Part shown: in pieces, positions 33,001-40,012 of the stretch
Layout of the letters: each line of letters begins with the position of its first letter
How positions within the stretch are numbered: the stretch's first letter is position 1
Virus record (IMG/VR): IMGVR_UViG_3300031951_000001
Coordinates: 258,373 to 322,372 of that record
DNA length: 64,000 bases
Strand: one strand, 5' to 3'
Translations under genes and position numbers: made by a program
The notes under the pieces: generated by a model
Seen by the model: only the letters and a program-made list of their open reading frames with translations
What the model was told of the DNA's origin: nothing
The model's database searches: none

Positions 33001-35416
33001 TTCTGAAAGTTTACCAGTTACTGTGACGGACCAATCCCAATCACCAGAGTGTATCACAGTTGAGTTTATACCTGTTACAAAAACACCGACTCCAACACCT
33101 ACTAAAACTCCAACACCTACCGTGACTATGACGATAACGCCAACTTCAGGTGCAACAGAAACACGGACTCCGACGCCGACTACCACTCAAACTTCAACAC
33201 CAACAATAACATCTACGATTACTCCGACAATAACGGCAACACCAACAAGAACGGCGACTCAAACACCAACAATAACAAGAACGGCGACTCAAACACCAAC
33301 AATAACAAGAACGGCGACTCAAACACCGACAATAACAAGAACGGCGACTCAAACACCGACAAGAACTGCGACACCAACAAGAACACCAACTAGAACGGCA
33401 ACAAATACTCCATCGATTACCCCAACCATAAGTATAACTCCAACAATAACCTCAAATTTACCATGTAAATGTTTTAATTTTTACAATACAAGTGATACGG
33501 TAAATGGTACTCTTATATACACTGCTTGTAATTTAACAGTTAGTTCTACAACGGTATCGGCTAATTCATTTGTACAATTGTGTGTAAATTTAAGCGGATA
33601 TAGTGGGTCATCACAAATAACATTTGTTAACCAAGTTGGTTCATGTGTAAATGGTTTTTGTCCTAACATATCTATAAATTCTTGTGATTTGTTATCGGTT
33701 AAAAAAGAACCTTCTGGTCCGACTAATGGTCTTTGGCAGATTATGAGTATTAGAAACGAAAGTCTTTTGTATTTGCCGGTTTCTGGTAGAACTGTAGGAA
33801 CCAACGCTTTAGCGAGAACGTCTAATAAAGTTTGGGTACTAGGATTTTTTACGGCATTAGGTGGTTCTAGAATAAGGGAATACTCAATTACCCAAAATCC
33901 TTGGTCTGCGGTGGTGACTAATAACTATACATTACCGACAAATTTGCCGTCTGTTATCGACAATGGTATGGCGGCAATCGATGATGAGAATTTTATTGTT
34001 GGGTCCGGAACTGCATTGAATGTTATTGCAAAATTAAATGTTTCAGGTGGAATTTTATCATCTACTAAAATTATAGATTTAATATCACCATTTACGGTTT
34101 TTGGTGACATGATTTATACTACAACCAATAAAGTCATAGTTGCGGTTAAAAATACAATTAATACTAACATATGGCAAATTCACCAATATGATGTTAATGG
34201 GACTTTTGAACTGGCGGTAGACGTTTCATCTATATCTTTATTTAATTCCGGAATAAATTTCGCGGTAGTTAATAACCAATTATATTTATTACCACATAAT
34301 CAAACATATAATAATTATTATTTAATTAATTTAAATAATCCTTACAATACCACAATTCAGTCGGCTCTTGGAGGTAGTGCCCCAAATGACGTTGCTCAAA
34401 ATCCTGAATGTATTAATATTCAGTTTATCCCTTCTACACAGACACCAACACCAACAAGAACAAAAACTCCGACACCAACAAGAACTCCAACAAGAAGTGC
34501 AACACCAACAAGAACTCCAACAAGAAGTGCAACACCAACAAGAACTCCAACAAGAAGTGCAACACCAACAAGAACTCCAACAAGAAGTGCAACACCAACA
34601 AGAACACCAACAATAACCATGAGTCCGTCGATTACACCAAGTCGAACAGTAACAATGACACCTTCATCTATTGGTATCTATACTCAACCATTGATGGTAA
34701 GTTTTTCTGGAACATCTACTGTAATATCAAGATACGATGTAACAACAAATACTATTACAACTTTAGATGTACAAAGTTCCGGTATTTTACCAAATCAAGA
34801 TATTGCATGTACTCAAAATAAATTTTGGTTATCAAATCAGGGGTCTGGTAACATAATAAAAGAATATACTTATACCGCGTCACCTTTCAATTATGTGTTG
34901 AATAGAACTTTGAATATACCAGTTACATTGACTGATGGATTAACTGTAAGGACTGTGGGAGGTATTGAATATTTGATTGGATGTACAGGTAATACAACTA
35001 TTGTTGAAATGGATATATCATCAACAACGGCCATAGTTACCGATAAATTTGATTTACCTCTTAACAGAACCATAGGTGCTGATATGATGTATACTAATAC
35101 TGGAAAATTAATAGTTGCCAACTATTCAGGTGGTAATACAACAGTCGGATTTATGACGCAGTATAACTATGAAACAAATACTTTAGAGATTGATAGGGCA
35201 TTACCAACTACTTATGCTGCTGGCGGTCAAAAAGTTTATTTTGTATCTAATAATAATATCTATAGTACTAGTATCTCTGCTAGTCTTTCGGTTGTTTATC
35301 AATGGAATACAGATAGTAATATTAACAATCCACTTCCATTACAATCCTTCGAGTTACCACTACTTCGTGGAAGCGCTCAACCACAAGAATTCATAAACAT
35401 TAATTTCACCTCATAA
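24068..35416 (+). CDS. Giant modular fibre/adhesin-like protein: Thr-Pro linkers, seven ~230 aa beta-rich modules and small Cys-rich modules
   Basis: 3782 aa uninterrupted ORF; recurring 'DIA.T..KLW...I.E(W/Y).IT..PF.A...R.I' and 'GD...T..GK.I' modules. Confidence 0.8.
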   Translation: MPTALIQSVNYAGQYGDITFNPQTGGTVSVGVQLLPFNYVADYVYGVYVVCFSAFSVCCEFNLLAPTPTPTATITKTPTITPTETVTPTKTPTPTITPTMTMTPTPSTIFCVDCVESGYTYVFSCAPTPSITRTPSVTPTITYTPTQTSTKTPTQTPTTTQTPTITKTSTQTPTITKTSTPTRTLTPTGTNPPSVPECAVIFNSLQNVFFYDVDTDTTTQLIVPDTVGSATNDIAHTSSKLWMASASEIYEWDITLSPFTAVFNRVITLPSGIGPGLGAINNTTLIAVQSGGNPKQVVSVNITTNTAVFTTLFPMLINRGVAGDIILTTTNKVIITTNATAAPFGQFITQYNFLNGDPEVDIQLNPTITQPWGIFQDNGEIYIMDGNETNNVFHIDKNYPYTITLTGDTGYSVYGASQLPNCLDVNFIPQITPTPTQTPTQTPTTTQTPTVTVTETITNTPTNTPTPTKTPVSCDCFEITAVGNNAVIDYFKCGSEGVSVRKLIEPARPFKVCLENSGVTTLSGVTQISNFGPCIDGECASPTPTPTVTQTPTNTLTPTITPTNTLTPTITPTETQTPTITSTSTQTPTSTQTITPTLTQSPTPTVTLTNTVTPTITETPTSTATQTPTTTTTQTPTSTETPTTTQTPTSTQTPTTTQTPTTTQTPTNTMTVTPTPVCIDGCSVLYVDSESLIYSYDYNTETSTVIFDPKATVRDIANTSSRLFITIVNRIQRYSFSTCPVSVTLIDEITRLFLGDGLFAINDTTLIITSTQAIGQENVQELNYITNTVTPKFSLPTGYSVRGDFILTTGGKFIVSMFQGLSNYILQYDYSTGEQEVLFQVSQIIAGFFEFGGNIYAVDTSGIVYQAILDSPWGLVSTTLDPLTFTGVIKGTSQELSCLPTNFNIVTPTPTPTQTPTPTVTVTETPTMTVTETPTQTETPTQTPTNTETPTQTSTPTPTPTLDCFCYTFVNTSLLDKQNVSGKDCNNINFEYSLQISGSEGDTVSLCASSSLVLDPFIAVFNNGVCEGFCGTSTPTPTPTETPTPTITDTPTQTPTITETNTQTPTQTPTNTVTETSTSTPTPTQTETPTNTVTSTPTNTVTSTPTITSTSTQTPTVTSTPTPSITEYKPAIRTFSGCCFPFEIFKLYEIPGLTANTITEGTVYYIESGVFSGCATNIAETFTQNNYLFVNISAQTSCSGCSASYPCPSSTPTPTVTSTPTVTPTITSTPTITSTPTQTETPTQTETPTQTQTSTVTSTPTESPTSTQTQTQTQTQTVTPTKTSTPTRTPIECVCYSITNIGEFFGSYNGILCNGGPSGGIPIGPGVTFTACYAKGSLQTVGGTLTFLENGSCENSILCPTRTPTPTRTGTPTPTPTTTETPTNTVTPTTTTTETPTSTSTQTPSVTNTITSTPTQTLCCTSWTLYGGLGQLLDNGFVIKPPLRVGDDFALIPTNVGSPGTLVGQVLELISVSPPLSPQYFTILTATFNPINSAYLLTFTPTLTINLGSTFQSIIYNIYQSGGTQFNVYNCGGSLTTLNLNNNEILVIPCSYDVQVISGFGYAESDPSCVCVTQTPTPTLTPTVTSTITQTPTNTVTVTQYTCNCYFINVPDIRDGVNLVFLDCLGSLISIAPNNFGNYCVREIIDYGSGTAELVGLCIDGNCPTPTPTPTQTETPTPTETPTQTITQTPTVTQTSTPTVTQTSTPTVTITESATQTQTPTPTETPTNTLTPTVTITESVTPTRTLTPTKTQAPCLSSCDVLLLDNVGRVYIYNSVTNSPLYLGIDGPDGSFDIAHTNNKIWLNRGTSLYEYDIILCPFSATFSREISGSTAFSAGLFAINDTTLIANNGATPSSILEIDVSTNPYTVTTKFSLLPGRRVSGDYVLTNSGKLIVSNFSGTNPNAPTGVYITQYNYITSATPPVDNNVDILISPTIVFPYGLYQYGGGFYILSANGTQYTLDLNPPYTLTAAPTVPLPPNTINAAYFGASQSNGCFDNNIVPVSPTPTSTPTPTPTPTATITQTPTITQTSTPTPTITSTVTQTPTQTQTPTSTITVTPTQTSTVTSTPTVTSTPTPTITEYKPAIRTFSGCCFPFETFKIFEIPGLTANSITEGTVYYIESVGFSGCATNIAETFTQNNYLFVNLSAQTSCSGCSTNYPCPSSTPTPTVTSTPTLTPTQTQTPTQTQTPTETSTQTPTETSTQTPTQTQTSTQTPTNTQTSTNTPTTTVTPTLTRTPDTCNCYTFFNISTSQSLTVDFIDCTGLQNQITINYGNSAQVCVKNNIFSGTPSGALVSFLNGDCTNGCPTTTIQACNPFVVNGTNRIIYTYDPITNTQIPLPINTESVSIYDIATNDNYLWIYGNFATLGNGIKEYFITTSPFTSSLNRFISGSTLYQSTRNGLAVLNNTTLITASGTAGNVIVSLNISSNTWVATPLFTLPTNRVLRGDLTYTNTGNIIALTYNNVAGTGSFLTQFDLFGNQELEFQIGNSVEGFGLFMYNSQIFTVASSSASPAVVRRDLNFPYTSLTVNNMTITNVGFAQPLSCLNVNFIGVTRTPTQTPTPTPTPTTTKTNTPTSTQTQTQTPTRTSTPTNTQTPTITSTSTITPTVTRTATITPTVTRTSTITPTVTRTSTITPTITQTATQTNTPTVTQTATVTQTATQTPTPTETSNLFACTCYNFFNTSNNQPGTVTYYNCDGVFSSVTVSATSYVQLCVSGNSTNPLYTATTQITAIDELGDCTVSCPTINLDSCISFLAGGPGNIIQSYDFQTNTTTFLPIPNRPWSMLGIANTSNKLWVHGTYLGFTSGGIREWDITFSPFSATYNGRTINIQSNTILPNSNACGLVAIDNFNLLSVSGATAGSQSVVNVDISDTITNNAVFTKLFDLPSNRRILTDLVFTQTGKIIIMTQTTTPVKIFITQYDILGNIEVDVPLFTSGIDANSGWSILINSNNLYIVRATTPGEIYQVNLTSPYSATLLSESLPVTVTDQSQSPECITVEFIPVTKTPTPTPTKTPTPTVTMTITPTSGATETRTPTPTTTQTSTPTITSTITPTITATPTRTATQTPTITRTATQTPTITRTATQTPTITRTATQTPTRTATPTRTPTRTATNTPSITPTISITPTITSNLPCKCFNFYNTSDTVNGTLIYTACNLTVSSTTVSANSFVQLCVNLSGYSGSSQITFVNQVGSCVNGFCPNISINSCDLLSVKKEPSGPTNGLWQIMSIRNESLLYLPVSGRTVGTNALARTSNKVWVLGFFTALGGSRIREYSITQNPWSAVVTNNYTLPTNLPSVIDNGMAAIDDENFIVGSGTALNVIAKLNVSGGILSSTKIIDLISPFTVFGDMIYTTTNKVIVAVKNTINTNIWQIHQYDVNGTFELAVDVSSISLFNSGINFAVVNNQLYLLPHNQTYNNYYLINLNNPYNTTIQSALGGSAPNDVAQNPECINIQFIPSTQTPTPTRTKTPTPTRTPTRSATPTRTPTRSATPTRTPTRSATPTRTPTRSATPTRTPTITMSPSITPSRTVTMTPSSIGIYTQPLMVSFSGTSTVISRYDVTTNTITTLDVQSSGILPNQDIACTQNKFWLSNQGSGNIIKEYTYTASPFNYVLNRTLNIPVTLTDGLTVRTVGGIEYLIGCTGNTTIVEMDISSTTAIVTDKFDLPLNRTIGADMMYTNTGKLIVANYSGGNTTVGFMTQYNYETNTLEIDRALPTTYAAGGQKVYFVSNNNIYSTSISASLSVVYQWNTDSNINNPLPLQSFELPLLRGSAQPQEFININFTS
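33245..33366 (+). repeat. Near-perfect 30 bp tandem repeat (~4 copies) encoding TRTATQTPTI
   Basis: Unit acaagaacggcgactcaaacacc(a/g)acaata. Confidence 0.85.
34472..34605 (+). repeat. Perfect 30 bp tandem repeat (4 copies plus a partial) encoding TPTRTPTRSA
   Basis: Unit acaccaacaagaactccaacaagaagtgca. Confidence 0.9.
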
Positions 35417-35430
35417 ACCAAACCTAAAAC

Positions 35431-35438
35431 TATTTATA
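35431..35438 (+). promoter_or_regulatory. TATTTATA putative late-promoter motif
   Basis: Intergenic, 16 nt before ATG 35455. Confidence 0.5.
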
Positions 35439-35454
35439 AATAAAATAAATCACA

Positions 35455-35784
35455 ATGTCATTTTCAGCATTAACATGTATGACTGTAACCGGAGCTTCTT
35501 TATCTCCGAACGCAACTATTCAGATTTTTTCTGATTATGATAATTTTTCAGTACCGTTTGATTCGGTTCCTCTGTCAGCAATAACAGGAAACCAATGTCC
35601 TTTTACTCTTACAGGAATACCGGATTTTACGACAGTGATTTTATTAAGAGACCCGGCAACTGCTTGTTGTTTATACGTAACAATTATTTGTTGTGACTAT
35701 AAACAATTCCAGCATGGACTATGTTTTGAATTTCAAGATTATCAACCATACTATTTCCAAGACCAATTCCAAGGTGGAGGATAA
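35455..35784 (+). CDS. Small Cys-rich structural-region protein
   Basis: 109 aa; C-terminal 'FQ(D/H)' repeats. Confidence 0.55.
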   Translation: MSFSALTCMTVTGASLSPNATIQIFSDYDNFSVPFDSVPLSAITGNQCPFTLTGIPDFTTVILLRDPATACCLYVTIICCDYKQFQHGLCFEFQDYQPYYFQDQFQGGG

Positions 35785-35802
35785 AATTATAATGTAAATA
35801 AC

Positions 35803-36855
35803 ATGTTTTTAACTGACAGACAACAAGCGGTAAGTGTTCTACCAACTGACTTAATACATATTGTAAAAACAGGTGATACCTCACAAGGAAACCCTGCTGG
35901 TTCATCATATAAAGCCGAAATTAATCAAATATTTGAGCTTACCGCAGGATGTTGTTTAAGCTCCGCAACTTTTAATCAAGGAACAATTACTTTTAATAAC
36001 GCTTCAGGAGGTACCGCATTTACCGTAACAGGATTGTCATTTACTGGAGGTTCAGGTAATTGTATTAATAATTTGTATGTTAATAATATATGGCCATGTT
36101 CTGTTAATATTAATGTGCAACCGCAGAGCCAAGGAAAAGTTTTCTTTGGGGCTTTAAGTGGGGCCAGCGGATTCACAGTTGATTTAGTTACCGATACCAC
36201 ACCGGCTACAAGGTTAGGATTAAATACAAATACCCCTGAATATACATTAGACTTTTATAGTTTTGATAGACGAAGTAGATTATTTTATGATGATAGTAAT
36301 GCGACAACTCCATCTTTACATAGTTTGACATATTCAGGAGATTCATCATTATCAATCCAATATGGGGCATTCTCACAAGGAAGTTGGGGTATTGCTCTTA
36401 CCGCAAGAGGTTTTAATAATCCAGACTATGACTTTATAGGGGCTCAAGGAGAAACCGCATTGTTTTCATCAACCTATGCTAATGGAATAAACATTATAAG
36501 TCAAGTAACCCCTGATGAAACAGTAAGAGCCACAGAAGATTATATAAGATTTTATGCCGGTATCAGCCCTGTGGATGCAAATTACCAACCACACGTACAT
36601 ATTCAAGGAAGTGGGGCGACTAGAGGATATATGGGTATAGGTCAAGGGAATACGAGTCCAACTTCATTGGTCGACATAAGCGGAACGACCGGTTATGACC
36701 AATTAAGATTAAGAACGACCTACATACCAACAAGCGCTTCTGACCCTAATGGTAATGTTGGTGATATTTGTTGGGGTCTTGATGGTGCGACACCTTACAT
36801 TTATTTGAAAACCAATACTGGTTGGGTAAGAGGATTTTTAGGTTCATTCTTCTAA
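35803..36855 (+). CDS. Putative tail fibre protein (paralogue 1)
   Basis: 350 aa; N-term 'DLIHIV...GSSYK', 'GYMGIG..NTSPTSLVDISG', C-term 'GDICW...YIYLK...W'. Confidence 0.6.
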   Translation: MFLTDRQQAVSVLPTDLIHIVKTGDTSQGNPAGSSYKAEINQIFELTAGCCLSSATFNQGTITFNNASGGTAFTVTGLSFTGGSGNCINNLYVNNIWPCSVNINVQPQSQGKVFFGALSGASGFTVDLVTDTTPATRLGLNTNTPEYTLDFYSFDRRSRLFYDDSNATTPSLHSLTYSGDSSLSIQYGAFSQGSWGIALTARGFNNPDYDFIGAQGETALFSSTYANGINIISQVTPDETVRATEDYIRFYAGISPVDANYQPHVHIQGSGATRGYMGIGQGNTSPTSLVDISGTTGYDQLRLRTTYIPTSASDPNGNVGDICWGLDGATPYIYLKTNTGWVRGFLGSFF

Positions 36856-36867
36856 TTTAATAAAATT

Positions 36868-37989
36868 ATGGCAATACTAACAGAACAAATAAAGGCTAAT
36901 ACGGTTGAGTTAAATGATATAGTTCATATCGCAAGAGATGACCAATTCCAAAGTGAAAACGGCTCATCTTATAAAGTAACTATTGCTCAACTTATAGATG
37001 CAGAGGCATGTTGTTTGACTGGCGGAGAATATGTTCCATCGGCCAATACTATAAATTTATTTGGTCAGTCAGGTTCACTGTCATTACAAATACAAAACGT
37101 AAGTATTTTTAGCGGAGGGTCTAATAGTTGCATAACTAATTTATATCTTAATAACGTACATCCATGTGTCGAAAATATCAATATACAACCGATTGCAATA
37201 AACAATGCACGAACTTATTTTGGTAGACTTTCCGGAATTTCGGGATTTACTGTATTCCACACAACCCAAGCTAACAACAACGAAAACGGAGGTATTTTAT
37301 TTAACTGTACAAAACTAATTCTAAATACTAATACAATTGACACCCCGGTTAGTTTTAGTTTTTTGAGCAAAAATAGAAGGTCTGGTTGGTATTTTTATGA
37401 TAATTTCTCACAAGGTACTTTTAAAGATGTTCAGGAGCCATTAATGAATAGCCCCAACAATAGTAACTCAACTGCAATGGCCGTAATAACACCTGGTTTG
37501 GATAGTAGTAATAAAGTTGGTGCGGTCATGGGAATTGTAGGTCAGTTTGACAATACTTTGGGATATTATGGAGAGGCCTCAGATTCTTTTTTATCGACAA
37601 CAACACACTCTAATGGTTTGAATATAATATCAACAGCGTTAGATGGTACAGGATTTATAAGATTTTATTTGGGATGTGATTATAATTCCTGTGCCGGACC
37701 CCAAGAAGATTACCCAACTCCGCATATTCATATAGATGGTAATCCGGGTACTAAAGGTTTTATAGGTTTTGGGCTTAAAAATTTATCACCAACTTCATTA
37801 GTTGACATTAACGGTGTAAATGCTAATAGACAAACTTCTGGATTTCGTAACTTACGATTGAGAACATCTTATACCCCACCAACTTTTGAAATTAATATAC
37901 CTGTTGGAACTGTGTGTTGGGATAGTGAAGGAATTTATATAAAAATTAGTCTTGCGGTTTGGAGAAGATTCGCAATGGCTCCTTGGTAA
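36868..37989 (+). CDS. Putative tail fibre protein (paralogue 2)
   Basis: 373 aa; same N- and C-terminal motifs as 35803. Confidence 0.6.
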   Translation: MAILTEQIKANTVELNDIVHIARDDQFQSENGSSYKVTIAQLIDAEACCLTGGEYVPSANTINLFGQSGSLSLQIQNVSIFSGGSNSCITNLYLNNVHPCVENINIQPIAINNARTYFGRLSGISGFTVFHTTQANNNENGGILFNCTKLILNTNTIDTPVSFSFLSKNRRSGWYFYDNFSQGTFKDVQEPLMNSPNNSNSTAMAVITPGLDSSNKVGAVMGIVGQFDNTLGYYGEASDSFLSTTTHSNGLNIISTALDGTGFIRFYLGCDYNSCAGPQEDYPTPHIHIDGNPGTKGFIGFGLKNLSPTSLVDINGVNANRQTSGFRNLRLRTSYTPPTFEINIPVGTVCWDSEGIYIKISLAVWRRFAMAPW

Positions 37990-38035
37990 TATTTGATTAT
38001 GAAGTTTTTTTCACCTAACTTTTGAAAAAAAAGTT

Positions 38036-38251
38036 ATGGAAGATTTATCACCAAAAATTGATTTGAAAGGACAACCCACCGAAGTTTGTGAAAGCTGTAG
38101 TAATGAATATTTTAAGGAAGTGGTTCTAATCAAAAGAGTATCAAAACTATACACAGGTAGTTCTGAAGACACTCTTGTTCCTTTTCCCACCTATATGTGT
38201 GGTAAATGTGGTCACGTAAATAAAGACTTCGCATTGTTTGAAAAAGATTAA
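38036..38251 (+). CDS. Zinc-ribbon protein
   Basis: CESC...CGKC. Confidence 0.7.
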   Translation: MEDLSPKIDLKGQPTEVCESCSNEYFKEVVLIKRVSKLYTGSSEDTLVPFPTYMCGKCGHVNKDFALFEKD

Positions 38252-38252
38252 C

Positions 38253-39032
38253 ATGATTAAAAAACTAATTCACTTCAGTGACCTACACGTTAGGTTATTC
38301 AAAGACCACGACCTGTATCGTAAGATAATGGTTGATGCGTTTGAGCAATGGGAACAAATCGCTCCTGACCGAATTGTTTTCACTGGTGACCTTGTACATT
38401 CTAAAAATCAAATGACACCAGAGCTCGTTGAGTTTGTTGCTTGGGTGCTGACAGAGTGTTCAAAGATTGCTAAAACAATATTGATACCCGGCAACCACGA
38501 TTTCCTTGAAAACAATATGGAAAGATTGGATGCTTTGACACCTGTGGTTGATTCACTTCGTAATGATAATATTATTTATTACAAGAACAGAGGTGTTTAT
38601 AAAGATGAAAATATTGATTGGTGTGTTTACTCACTTATGGACCACAACATACCACCAGACATTGAAAAATCGGATAGGGTAAAGATTGGTTTGTTTCATG
38701 GACCGGTACAAGGACTTACTACCAATTTGGGATTTAAGTTTGAGGACGGGTTTGAGGCATCTAAATTTGAGGGTTGTGACCTTGTTTTGTGTGGAGACAT
38801 ACATAAGCGTCAGATATTCGATATACCTGGTAATAAGAAGGCGTACATGATTGGCTCAACCATTTGTCAGAACTATGGTGAAACAATTACTAAACACGGG
38901 TATGGTATTTATGACGTTGAAAAAGATGAATATCTCACCGTAGATTTGGTTAATCCAAGACCATTTTTATCATTTAGAATTAACTCATTTGAAGAATTAG
39001 AACATGGAACAGAAAAGCTCGTTAATTATTGA
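38253..39032 (+). CDS. sbcD: Mre11/SbcD-like metallophosphoesterase nuclease
   Basis: 'HFSDLH', 'TGDLVH', 'PGNHD', 'FHG', 'GDIH' motifs; ATG at 38253. Confidence 0.85.
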   Translation: MIKKLIHFSDLHVRLFKDHDLYRKIMVDAFEQWEQIAPDRIVFTGDLVHSKNQMTPELVEFVAWVLTECSKIAKTILIPGNHDFLENNMERLDALTPVVDSLRNDNIIYYKNRGVYKDENIDWCVYSLMDHNIPPDIEKSDRVKIGLFHGPVQGLTTNLGFKFEDGFEASKFEGCDLVLCGDIHKRQIFDIPGNKKAYMIGSTICQNYGETITKHGYGIYDVEKDEYLTVDLVNPRPFLSFRINSFEELEHGTEKLVNY

Positions 39033-39456
39033 GTTAAGTAATCAAGACCATAATGATTTGATGTCATTCTGTAAATTGAATGACATTGAAATGGTCGATG
39101 ATTTTGCTAAACTTTGTTTTCGTAAAGGTTATTATATAGAGAAGTACGGGTTATTGAATCAAGGACAACTACCTGATATTATCGAGAGAGAACTTGAGAA
39201 GAAGGTTATTGTTGAGGATAGTTCTAAAATTGAAGAACTACAGAATGAGATTTACGTGCTCAAGGGAAAACTTGAAAATCAAAAAGAAGTTGAATGTGGG
39301 AAACTTCAACAATCACTCATGGAATTGAATCGACAAATTGGTGACAAAAACAAAGAAATAGAAAATTTAAACAAAAAGATAGACGAGCTTGAGAATCTCA
39401 CAAAAACTTCTTATGCTTTTTATCTAAAAAATTCAAATATAAAAGAAAGATTATGA
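39004..39456 (+). CDS. Hypothetical coiled-coil protein
   Basis: 150 aa; heptad-rich C-terminal half. Confidence 0.6.
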   Translation: MEQKSSLIIELSNQDHNDLMSFCKLNDIEMVDDFAKLCFRKGYYIEKYGLLNQGQLPDIIERELEKKVIVEDSSKIEELQNEIYVLKGKLENQKEVECGKLQQSLMELNRQIGDKNKEIENLNKKIDELENLTKTSYAFYLKNSNIKERL

Positions 39457-39803
39457 TGACTTATTTAATTGCATGGTTTGTGTTGGCGTACGGATTCACC
39501 AACATTATGGTTTATGGTAGTATATTTGCCGGAATGAGAAAAAGAATTGAGTTAATTGGAAACTCTCATATTCCCGGTATAGCACCAATTTTTTCATTCA
39601 TATCTGGCATATTGTCATGTATGATGTGTTGTTCTACTTGGGTAGGTTTCTTTTTGGGATTGTTCATATTTTCTCCCTCATACTATTTTTTGGGAGCATC
39701 GCCTTTCGTATCTTGGTTCTTTGATGGATTGATGGCGTCAGGTGCGGTGTGGGCAATCAACAGTGTTATAGAATGGTTTGAAGAAAACCGACCAGCAAAG
39801 TAA
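39453..39803 (+). CDS. Membrane protein with a CxxCxSxW motif (DUF1360-like)
   Basis: About three hydrophobic segments; 'LSCMMCCSTWVG'. Confidence 0.6.
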   Translation: MMTYLIAWFVLAYGFTNIMVYGSIFAGMRKRIELIGNSHIPGIAPIFSFISGILSCMMCCSTWVGFFLGLFIFSPSYYFLGASPFVSWFFDGLMASGAVWAINSVIEWFEENRPAK

Positions 39804-39822
39804 TTTTTAAAATTTATATATT

Positions 39823-40011
39823 ATGCCAAAGTCAAGAAACAGAAAGAACCACAAACAGAAGGTTCAAAATCGTAACAACATGATTAAAGGAATTCGTCGT
39901 AAAATGGAAACCGAATACACCGAAATGCTTTCCAAGAAATTTGCGGAAATGCAAAGTGAAATGTCGGCAATGACCGAAGTAGAAGAGGCGACTGTTGTGA
40001 CACAACAATAA
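39823..40011 (+). CDS. Small basic-N-terminus hypothetical protein
   Basis: 62 aa 'MPKSRNRKNHK...'; fills the gap in the operon. Confidence 0.6.
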   Translation: MPKSRNRKNHKQKVQNRNNMIKGIRRKMETEYTEMLSKKFAEMQSEMSAMTEVEEATVVTQQ

Positions 40012-40012
40012 A

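Noticed and set aside
33245-34605. 30 bp repeats as a possible CRISPR array
   Set aside because: Head-to-tail with no spacers, and in frame within a CDS
19677-34620. Many minus-strand Val/Gly-rich ORFs (VGVGV...) and alternate-frame Gln/His/Leu-rich ORFs
   Set aside because: These are shadow frames of the Thr-Pro repeat codons (ACN CCN) inside the giant genes, with no independent evidence of being genes
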